In this document: piece after piece, positions 25,001-37,000 of the stretch
How the letters are laid out: every line of letters starts with the position of its first letter
Position numbering within the stretch: position 1 is the first letter of the stretch
NCBI RefSeq assembly: GCF_964204645.1
Contig: NC_134030.1
Location: forward strand, 21,598,210-21,662,209
Length of the DNA stretch: 64,000 nt
DNA from: Tubulanus polymorphus
Taxonomy: Eukaryota; Animalia; Nemertea
Direction of reading: 5' to 3'
Program-made: the position numbers and the translations under genes
The notes under the pieces: model-generated
Databases searched by the model: none
The model's input: only the letters and a program-made list of their open reading frames with translations
What the model was told of the DNA's origin: nothing

Positions 25001-28000
25001 ATTCAGGCAAACCTGCTTTAACCCTTTCAGTGCGTCTACACTGCAGTGCAGTGTATAAATCAGTGATAGATTTGCTTGTACACCGCACTATGGTGTATTG
25101 ATGTCATTAGTAATTAGTAATTATCCCTCTTGAAAAATGGCAGCACCTGTCAAACATAGTGAGATATTAGTAACTAACGATACATCGCACCACAGTGTAG
25201 ACGCACTATAGTGGTATTCCCGTTATTCAACACACTAGGGTGGAATTTTTCAAAATGTTCAAATTATCTCCAGCACTATAGGGTAGTAATTAGTCCGCAC
25301 TGAAAGGGTTAAGACTTAGATCTTGACATACAGTGGATTATTCATCAGTTGAATCCAGATTAAATCCAAATTAAATGATTACGATGGCTTGAAAAGATTC
25401 TCAGTCGGCTAAGCTTTAAAGTTGACCCTGTACAAGTTGACCCAGCAGCTTTAGAAATGACCTAATTCCAAATTCTATTGCCATTTACAAAATTAGTTGA
25501 AATCATCATTTTCCTAGTCTGGATACGTGTGCGCTCCTGACGTTGAGTGGAGTGGATGGTTCTGTCTTTGATTCTAACCTCCTATTTTCTTTTCCTTGAC
25601 TGTAAAACTAAACGCAGCCAGTATATTCGGCATGCTATCGATACGTTTCAAGCCAAAAACCGGAACCAAATGGTTTCCTGATAACGCGGTAAGTAAAGCA
25701 GTTTGAAGGTCGTTTTCTGAGCGCCTATAAGTCAATTGGAGAAAAAAAATGTCTCAAATGACTCCGAATCGAGTCTAAACGTCACTACTCTCTTAGTTTT
25801 TGAAAATGTCTCAAAGAATTGAGTCTAAACGTCACTACTCTCTTAGTTTTTGAAAATGTCTCATATAATTGAGTCTAAACGTCACTACTCTCTCAGTTTT
25901 TGAAAATGTCTCAAAGAATTGAGTCTAAACGTCACTACTCTGTTAGTTTTTGAAAATGTCTCATATAATTGAGTCTAAACGTCAATACTCTCTTAGTTTT
26001 TGAAAATGTCTCATATAATTGAGTCTAAACGTCACTACTCTCTTAGTTTTTGAAAATGTCTCATAGAATTGAGTCTAAAAGTCACTACTCTCTTAGTTTT
26101 TGAAAATGTCTCAAAGAATTGAGTCTAAACGTCACTACTCTCTTAGTTTTTGAAAATGTCTCATATAATTGAGTCTAAACGTCAATACTCTCTTAGTTTT
26201 TGAAAATGTCTCATATAATTGAGTCTAAACGTCACTACTCTCTTAGTTTTTGAAAATGTCTCATATAATTGAGTCTAAACGTCACTACTCTCTTAGTTTT
26301 TGAAAATGTCTCATAGAATTCAGTCTAAACGTCACTACTCTCTTAGTTTTTGAAAATGTCTCAAAGAATTGAGTCTAAACGTCACTACTCTCTTAGTTTT
26401 TGAAAATGTCTCATATAATTGAGTCTAAACGTCAATACTCTCTTAGTTTTTGAAAATGTCTCATATAATTGAGTCTAAACGTCACTACTCTCTTAGTTTT
26501 TGAAAATGTCTCATAGAATTGAGTCTAAACGTCACTACTCTCTTAGTTTTTGAAAATGTCTCATAGAATTCAGTCTAAACGTCACTACTCTCTTAGTTTT
26601 TGAAAATGTCTCAAAGAATTGAATCTAAACGTCACTACTCTCTTAGTTTTGAAAATGTCTCATATAATTGAGTCTAAACGTCACTACTCTCTTAGTTTTT
26701 GAAAATGTCTCAAAGAATTGAGTCTAAACGTCACTACTCTCTTAGTTTTGAAAATGTCTCATATAATTGAGTCTAAACGTCACTACTCTCTTAGTTTTTG
26801 AAAATGTCTCAAAGAATTGAGTCTAAACGTCATTACTCTCTTAGTTTTTGAAAATGTCTCAAAGAATTGAGTCTAAACGTCACTACTCTCTTAGTTTTGA
26901 AAATGTCTCATATAATTGAGTCTAAACGTCACTACTCTCTTAGTTTTTGAAAATGTCTCATAGAATTGAGTCTAAACGTCACTACTCTCTTAGTTTTTGA
27001 AAATGTCTCATAGAATTGAGTCTAAACGTCACTAATCTCTTAGTTTTCAAAATGTCTCTTTGAATTGAGAAAAGAATCAAAACTAAAGGCTACTGCTCCA
27101 AACCTGTTGCTCATATCACATGATTTTTTAGTCTCACAACACAGGTGCCCACCCTTCCAAATTTGGCTCCATTCCACAGGTCGCCAATCTGTGGCCATAA
27201 AAAAGAGTCATGAAATAAACTACAGAATAATGTTTTATCATTCAATGAATTTTGTTTATTAATTCACACAAATTACACGATGTGGAATCAGTTTATCCGC
27301 TATGGAATCAATAATTTAACCACAGTGGAATCAGATATTCCCGGCCTGTTCATTGGCTTTACGCCACCATTCGTCGTAAGCCGTCTTCTTTCGACGGCTA
27401 AGAGCGAGTTCTTCAGCTGAATCATCAGCTGCAGCAGCAGTTTCAGCGTTCACCATCGACCACAAACTGATCACTAACAACATGATCGGAAGTAAACTTC
27501 TCAACATTTTCATCAGCATTGACGCTACAAATTAATACAATCTGTTTTATTATTGTTTAACCTTCGTGAAAGAAAAATCTTCATTCTATTTGTTGAATTA
27601 GTTTTTACAAGTTTACAGTGAAATTAGAATTATAACTTACCGATCATTTTAACAGTTGTTTCGGCGACAAATCACAGATTTATACGAGCAATTTACGAAG
27701 CTGAAATAGGAACGAATACATCGGTGATATTTGAACTGAATTTCAGCAGTCATAAAAATATTTAATTCATCTATAATTAATCATAGAACCTACATCTGAT
27801 GCTAGTTAAACTTAACAGAATTGAATACAGAAAATATCTAAAAATTTTTGACAATTTGAAAATGTTAGAATTATTTCTTGTAAATTTCATTAAACCAACA
27901 TCTGTTTCAGATAAAGTTAACAAATTCAAAAAAACATCAAATTTCTAAAATTAGAATCAAGTTTTAACAATTTTAAAATGTTGAAATTAGTTCTTGTACA

Positions 28001-31000
28001 ATTCGTCCGTAGCAATAACTACACAATATGAGATCAATGTTGATGACTCTACGATTGATGAACTTACCTTCGAATACAAACGATTCCAAGTTGATGAAAT
28101 GTTGATGAAACTGATTGGTTTATATTGACTATGTCCGCACCACCTGCCTCTCATCTCACACTGGGTGAAATTATCAAAGCAGAAATTTACAATCGATCCT
28201 TTTTTTGTCGAATCAGGAATTGAAAAAAATCCACGCGGGAAACGGAGAATGCGTGCAAAAAATCAACCGAACCATGAATTCAATAATAGATACATCCAAA
28301 CTGTTACCGGAGCAGTTTTACTGAGTCCTGTTGTGATAGAACAAAAGAGATGCGTGCAAAAAACTAAACCAACCGTACATCAAAAACATATGCCACGATT
28401 GTTCACTATTTTCATGGGCTTTGATTTGATTAATACATGTAATTGATGAATTGATCAGGACTTTTAAAATTTTCGAAAATGTAATGTCGCAGTGAAAAAA
28501 CACCATCAGCAAACCTAGAATTTCCTACCAAATCATACGACAATTTTCACCATTTTCATTCTGGATATAAACAAACTATCGGTTATAACGTATTTCCAGC
28601 TGACCCCTGGAGCCGCAGTTGTATCAGGGAGGAGGAGGGGGGGGGGGTTAACTAAAATGAAAAACGAATTAACCCCGGGTAAAAGTTCATACCAAAAAAT
28701 CTCAAGTTTTATAGACTGATATTAACTCAAACACGCGGGTTAACTCAATTGAAAAAGAATTAGGTTAACCCCCGAATAAAACTTAATACCTGTCTATAAT
28801 GCCAAGCGCTCTCAAGTTTTATAGACTGGTATTAACTTAAACACGCGGGTTAACTCAATTGAAAAAGAATTAGGTTAACCCCCGAATTAAACTTAATAAC
28901 TGTCTATAATGCCGAGCACTGAAGTTAACTATAAGTTCCGCTATAAGAACAAGGCGAATCCAAAGCGGTGCGTATCCCCCCTAAAAATGTCGAGTCGCCC
29001 TGAAACTAGGGGAAAATGAAAAGTATTAAACTGACACCTGAAAAAATTTGAATTCATTCCCGCTTATTTCCCACAATCATTTAGTGTTTTCCGATGAGAT
29101 TTTTCTTTTGGGGATGACCTTACAGATACCCCCTATTTGGGGGAGGGGTTGCACCCGGCCTCCTTGTATCAGAGCTTAGGTCCGCCCGTTTGTTATAATG
29201 TATAATACTGTGCATCGTATAATCGAAGAAATTGACGACAAAATGAGATATGCTAACTGTACTGCAGCGGTTTGTTGTACGGGACCGTAAACCATGTACG
29301 GGACCGTAAACCACGTCTGGTATTCGATCAGACTAAAACTCTTTAGAAAATAAAGTTCACTATAAGATAAGCTCACACTGGTCTTTCTTAAGTGGTTAGA
29401 TTAGTTATAACACTAAAATGAGGTTAGACTGGTCTTAAGTTTTCAGATCTGGGGCCACTTGCATTGGCTTTCACTTAGACAAATATAAGATCAACTTAGC
29501 CAATCTAACATCTGAATACTAGTCCTAAGAAATAAGACCACTTATGGACTTGAGCCACGACTGTGTGACTTGGCTTTAGTCTTAAAGTCCCGTGTATAGG
29601 TATCTAATGGTTTCTTACTCTTTCTCTTTCCTCTTTCTTACTCTTTGTTGGTTTGTGATAATCTTTACACACCGGTTTTTGTGGTGAATGGTAGATCATC
29701 ACTCAGGAGCGTACATGAATCAGACTTTAGACTGAGCCCACCTTAACCTCACCGAGCAATCATCTCATGAGATGATTGCTCGTAGCCTCAACAAAGACCT
29801 GTTGATGATTTAAACACATTCAGGCAAACCTGCTTTAACCCTTTCAGTGCGTCTACACTGCAGTGCAGTGTATAAATCAGTGATAGATTTGCTTGTACAC
29901 CGCACTATGGTGTATTGATGTCATTAGTAATTAGTAATTATCCCTCTTGAAAAATGGCAGCACCTGTCAAACATAGTGAGATATTAGTAACTAACGATAC
30001 ATCGCACCACAGTGTAGACGCACTATAGTGGTATTCCCGTTATTCAACACACTAGGGTGGAATTTTTCAAAATGTTCAAATTATCTCCAGCACTATAGGG
30101 TAGTAATTAGTCCGCACTGAAAGGGTTAAGACTTAGATCTTGACATACAGTGGATTATTCATCAGTTGAATCCAGATTAAATCCAAATTAAATGATTACG
30201 ATGGCTTGAAAAGATTCTCAGTCGGCTAAGCTTTAAAGTTGACCCTGTACAAGTTGACCCAGCAGCTTTAGAAATGACCTAATTCCAAATTCTATTGCCA
30301 TTTACAAAATTAGTTGAAATCATCATTTTCCTAGTCTGGATACGTGTGCGCTCCTGACGTTGAGTGGAGTGGATGGTTCTGTCTTTGATTCTAACCTCCT
30401 ATTTTCTTTTCCTTGACTGTAAAACTAAACGCAGCCAGTATATTCGGCATGCTATCGATACGTTTCAAGCCAAAAACCGGAACCAAATGGTTTCCTGATA
30501 ACGCGGTAAGTAAAGCAGTTTGAAGGTCGTTTTCTGAGCGCCTATAAGTCAATTGGAGAAAAAAAATGTCTCAAATGACTCCGAATCGAGTCTAAACGTC
30601 ACTACTCTCTTAGTTTTTGAAAATGTCTCAAAGAATTGAGTCTAAACGTCACTACTCTCTTAGTTTTTGAAAATGTCTCATATAATTGAGTCTAAACGTC
30701 ACTACTCTCTCAGTTTTTGAAAATGTCTCAAAGAATTGAGTCTAAACGTCACTACTCTGTTAGTTTTTGAAAATGTCTCATATAATTGAGTCTAAACGTC
30801 AATACTCTCTTAGTTTTTGAAAATGTCTCATATAATTGAGTCTAAACGTCACTACTCTCTTAGTTTTTGAAAATGTCTCATAGAATTGAGTCTAAAAGTC
30901 ACTACTCTCTTAGTTTTTGAAAATGTCTCAAAGAATTGAGTCTAAACGTCACTACTCTCTTAGTTTTTGAAAATGTCTCATATAATTGAGTCTAAACGTC

Positions 31001-34000
31001 AATACTCTCTTAGTTTTTGAAAATGTCTCATATAATTGAGTCTAAACGTCACTACTCTCTTAGTTTTTGAAAATGTCTCATATAATTGAGTCTAAACGTC
31101 ACTACTCTCTTAGTTTTTGAAAATGTCTCATAGAATTCAGTCTAAACGTCACTACTCTCTTAGTTTTTGAAAATGTCTCAAAGAATTGAGTCTAAACGTC
31201 ACTACTCTCTTAGTTTTTGAAAATGTCTCATATAATTGAGTCTAAACGTCAATACTCTCTTAGTTTTTGAAAATGTCTCATATAATTGAGTCTAAACGTC
31301 ACTACTCTCTTAGTTTTTGAAAATGTCTCATAGAATTGAGTCTAAACGTCACTACTCTCTTAGTTTTTGAAAATGTCTCATAGAATTCAGTCTAAACGTC
31401 ACTACTCTCTTAGTTTTTGAAAATGTCTCAAAGAATTGAATCTAAACGTCACTACTCTCTTAGTTTTGAAAATGTCTCATATAATTGAGTCTAAACGTCA
31501 CTACTCTCTTAGTTTTTGAAAATGTCTCAAAGAATTGAGTCTAAACGTCACTACTCTCTTAGTTTTGAAAATGTCTCATATAATTGAGTCTAAACGTCAC
31601 TACTCTCTTAGTTTTTGAAAATGTCTCAAAGAATTGAGTCTAAACGTCATTACTCTCTTAGTTTTTGAAAATGTCTCAAAGAATTGAGTCTAAACGTCAC
31701 TACTCTCTTAGTTTTGAAAATGTCTCATATAATTGAGTCTAAACGTCACTACTCTCTTAGTTTTTGAAAATGTCTCATAGAATTGAGTCTAAACGTCACT
31801 AATCTCTTAGTTTTTGAAAATGTCTCATAGAATTGAGTCTAAACGTCACTAATCTCTTAGTTTTCAAAATGTCTCTTTGAATTGAGAAAAGAATCAAAAC
31901 TAAAGGCTACTGCTCCAAACCTGTTGCTCATATCACATGATTTTTTAGTCTCACAACACAGGTGCCCACCCTTCCAAATTTGGCTCCATTCCACAGGTCG
32001 CCAATCTGTGGCCATAAAAAAGAGTCATGAAATAAACTACAGAATAATGTTTTATCATTCAATGAATTTTGTTTATTAATTCACACAAATTACACGATGT
32101 GGAATCAGTTTATCCGCTATGGAATCAATAATTTAACCACAGTGGAATCAGATATTCCCGGCCTGTTCATTGGCTTTACGCCACCATTCGTCGTAAGCCG
32201 TCTTCTTTCGACGGCTAAGAACGAGTTCTTCAGCTGAATCATCAGCTGCAGCAGCAGTTTCAGCGTTCACCATCGACCACAAACTGATCACTAACAACAT
32301 GATCGGAAGTAAACTTCTCAACATTTTCATCAGCATTGACGCTACAAATTAATACAATCTGTTTTATTATTGTTTAACCTTCGTGAAAGAAAGATCTTCA
32401 TTCTATTTGTTGAATTAGTTTTTACAAGTTTACAGTGAAATTAGAATTATAACTTACCGATCATTTTAACAGTTGTTTCGGCGACAAATCACAGATTTAT
32501 ACGAGCAATTTACGAAGCTGAAATAGGAACGAATACATCGGTGATATTTGAACTGAATTTCAGCAGTCATAAAAATATTTAATTCATCTATAATTAATCA
32601 TAGAACCTACATCTGATGCTAGTTAAACTTAACAGAATTGAATACAGAAAATATCTAAAAATTTTTGACAATTTGAAAATGTTAGAATTATTTCTTGTAA
32701 ATTTCATTAAACCAACATCTGTTTCAGATAAAGTTAACAAATTCAAAATAACATCAAATTTCTAAAATTAGAATCAAGTTTTAACAATTTCAAAATGTTG
32801 AAATTAGTTCTTGTACAATTCGTCCGTAGCAATATCTACACAATATGAGATCAATGTTGATGACTCTACGATTGATGAACTTACCTTCGAATACAAACGA
32901 TTCAAAGTTGATGAAATGTTGATGAAACTGATTGGTTTATATTGACTATGTCCGCACCACCTGCCTCTCATCTCACACTGGGTGAAATTATCAAAGCAGA
33001 AATTTACAATCGATCCTTTTTTTGTGGAATCAGGAATTGAAAAAAATCCACGCGGGAAACGGAGAATGCGTGCAAAAAATCAACCGAACCATGAATTCAA
33101 TAATAGATACATCCAAACTGTTACCGGAGCAGTTTTACTGAGTCCTGTTGTGATAGAACAAAAGAGATGCGTGCAAAAAACTAAACCAACCGTACATCAA
33201 AAACATATGCCACGATTGTTCACTATTTTCATGGGCTTTGATTTGATTAATACATGTAATTGATGAATTGATCAGGACTTTTAAAATTTTCGAAAATGTA
33301 ATGTCGCAGTGAAAAAACACCATCAGCAAACCTAGAATTTCCTACCAAATCATACGACAATTTTAACCATTTTCATTCTGGATATAAACAAACTATCGGT
33401 TATAACGTATTTCCATCTGACCCCTGGAGCCGCAGTTGTATCAGGGAGGAGGAGGGGGGGGGTTAACTAAAATGAAAAACGAATTAACCCCGGGTTAAAG
33501 TTAATACCAAAAAATCTCAAGTTTTATAGACTGGTATTAACTCAAACACGCGGGTTAACTCAATTGAAAAAGAATTAGGTTAACCCCCGAATAAAACTTA
33601 ATACCTGTCTATAATGCCAAGCGCTCTCAAGTTTTATAGGCTGGTATTAACTTAAACACGCGGGTTAACTCAATTGAAAAAGAATTAGGTTAACCCCCGA
33701 ATTAAACTTAATAACTGTCTATAATGCCGAGCACTGAAGTTAACTATAAGTTCCGCTATAAGAACAAGGCGAATCCAAAGCGGTGCGTATCCCCCCTAAA
33801 AATGTCGAGTCGCCCTGAAACTAGGGGAAAATAAAAAGTATTAAACTGACACCTGAAAAAATTTGAATTCATTCCCGCTTATTTCCCACAATAATTTAGT
33901 ATTTTCCGATGAGATTTTTCTTTTGGGGATGACCTTACAGATACCCCCTATTTGGGGGGAGGGGTTGCACCCGGCCTCCTTGTATCAGAGCTTAGGTCCG

Positions 34001-37000
34001 CCCGTTTGTTATAATGTATAATACTGTGCATCGTATAATCGAAGAAATTGACGACAAAATGAGATATGCTAACTGTACTGCAGCGGTTTGTTGTACGGGA
34101 CCGTAAACCACGTCTGGTATTCGATCAGACTAAAACTCTTTAGAAAATAAAGTTCACTATAAGATAAGCTCACACTGGTCTTTCTTAAGTGGTTAGATTA
34201 GTTATAACACTAAAATGAGGTTAGACTGGTCTTAAGTTTTCAGATCTGGGGCCACTTGCATTGGCTTTCACTTAGACAAATATAAGATCAACTTAGCCAA
34301 TCTAACATCTGAATACTAGTCCTAAGAAATAAGACCACTTATGGACTTGAGCCACGACTGTGTGACTTGGCTTTGGTCTTAAAGTCCCGTGTATAGGTAT
34401 CTAATGGTTTCTTACTCTTTCTCTCTCCTCTTTCTTACTCTTTGTTGGTTTGTGATAATCTTTACACACCGGTTTTTGTGGTGAATGGTAGATCATCACT
34501 CAGGAGCGTACATGAATCAGACTTTAGACTGAGCCCACCTTAACCTCACCGAGCAATCATCTCATGAGATGATTGCTCGTAGCCTCAACAAAGACCTGTT
34601 GATGATTTAAACACATTCAGGCAAACCTGCTTTAACCCTTTCAGTGCGTCTACACTGCAGTGCAGTGTATAAATCAGTGATAGATTTGCTTGTACACCGC
34701 ACTATGGTGTATTGATGCCATTAGTAATTAGTAATTATCCCTCTTGAAAAATGGCAGCACCTGTCAAACATAGTGAGATATTAGTAACTAACGATACATC
34801 GCACCACAGTGTAGACGCACTATAGTGGTATTCCCGTTATTCAACACACTAGGGTGGAATTTTTCAAAATGTTCAAATTATCTCCAGCACTATAGGGTAG
34901 TAATTAGTCCGCACTGAAAGGGTTAAGACTTAGATCTTGACATACAGTGGATTATTCATCAGTTAAATCCAGATTAAATCCAAATTAAATGATTACGATG
35001 GCTTGAAAAGATTCTCAGTCGGCTAAGCTTTAAAGTTGACCCTGTACAAGTTGACCCAGCAGCTTTAGAAATGACCTAATTCCAAATTCTATTGCCATTT
35101 ACAAAATTAGTTGAAATCATCATTTTCCTAGCCTGGATACGTGTGCGCTCCTGACGTTGAGTGGAGTGGATGGTTCTGTCTTTGATTCTAACCTCCTATT
35201 TTCTTTTCCTTGACTGTAAAACTAAACGCAGCCAGTATAATCGGCATGCTATCGATACGTTTCAAGCCAAAAACCGGAACCAAATGGTTTCCTGATAACG
35301 CGGTAAGTAAAGCAGTTTGAAGGTCGTTTTCTGAGCGCCTATAAGTCAATTGGAGAAAAAAAATGTCTCAAATGACTCCGAATCGAGTCTAAACGTCACT
35401 ACTCTCTTAGTTTTTGAAAATGTCTCAAAGAATTGAGTCTAAACGTCACTACTCTCTTAGTTTTTGAAAATGTCTCATATAATTGAGTCTAAACGTCAAT
35501 ACTCTCTTAGTTTTTGAAAATGTCTCATATAATTGAGTCTAAACGTCACTACTCTCTTAGTTTTTGAAAATGTCTCATAGAATTGAGTCTAAAAGTCACT
35601 ACTCTCTTAGTTTTTGAAAATGTCTCAAAGAATTGAGTCTAAACGTCACTACTCTCTTAGTTTTTGAAAATGTCTCATATAATTGAGTCTAAACGTCAAT
35701 ACTCTCTTAGTTTTTGAAAATGTCTCATATAATTGAGTCTAAACGTCACTACTCTCTTAGTTTTTGAAAATGTCTCATAGAATTGAGTCTAAACGTCACT
35801 ACTCTCTTAGTTTTTGAAAATGTCTCATAGAATTCAGTCTAAACGTCACTACTCTCTTAGTTTTTGAAAATGTCTCAAAGAATTGAATCTAAACGTCACT
35901 ACTCTCTTAGTTTTGAAAATGTCTCATATAATTGAGTCTAAACGTCACTACTCTCTTAGTTTTTGAAAATGTCTCAAAGAATTGAGTCTAAACGTCACTA
36001 CTCTCTTAGTTTTGAAAATGTCTCATATAATTGAGTCTAAACGTCACTACTCTCTTAGTTTTTGAAAATGTCTCATAGAATTCAGTCTAAACGTCACTAC
36101 TCTCTAAGTTTTTGAAAATGTCTCAAAGAATTGAATCTAAACGTCACTACTCCCTTAGTTTTGAAAATGTCTCATATAATTGAGTCTAAACGTCACTACT
36201 CTCTTAGTTTTTGAAAATGTCTCAAAGAATTGAGTCTAAACGTCACTACTCTCTTAGTTTTGAAAATGTCTCATATAATTGAGTCCAAACGTCACTACTC
36301 TCTTAGTTTTTGAAAATGTCTCATAGAATTCAGTCTAAACGTCACTACTCTCTTAGTTTTTGAAAATGTCTCAAAGAATTGAGTCTAAACGTCACTACTC
36401 TCTTAGTTTTGAAAATGTCTCATATAATTGAGTCTAAACGTCACTACTCTCTTAGTTTTTGAAAATGTCTCAAAGAATTGAGTCTAAACGTCACTACTCT
36501 CTTAGTTTTGAAAATGTCTCATATAATTGAGTCTAAACGTCACTACTCTCTTAGTTTTTGAAAATGTCTCAAAGAATTGAGTCTAAACGTTACTACTCTC
36601 TTAGTTTTTGAAAATGTCTCATAGAATTGAGTCTAAAAGTCACTACTCTCTTAGTTTTTGAAAATGTCTCATAGAATTGAGTCTAAACGTCACTACTCTC
36701 TTAGTTTTTGAAAATGTCTCAAAGAATTGAGTCTAAACGTCATTACTCTCTTAGTTTTTGAAAATGTCTCAAAGAATTGAGTCTAAACGTCACTACTCTC
36801 TTAGTTTTTTAAAATGTCTCAAAGAATTGAGTCTAAAAGTCACTACTCTCTTAGTTTTTGAAAATGTCTCATAGAACTGAGTCTAAAAGTCACTACTCTC
36901 TTAGTTTTTGAAAATGTCTCATAGAATTGAGTCTAAAAGTCACTACTCTCTTAGTTTTTGAAAATGTCTCATAGAATTGAGTCTAAAAGTCACTACTCTC

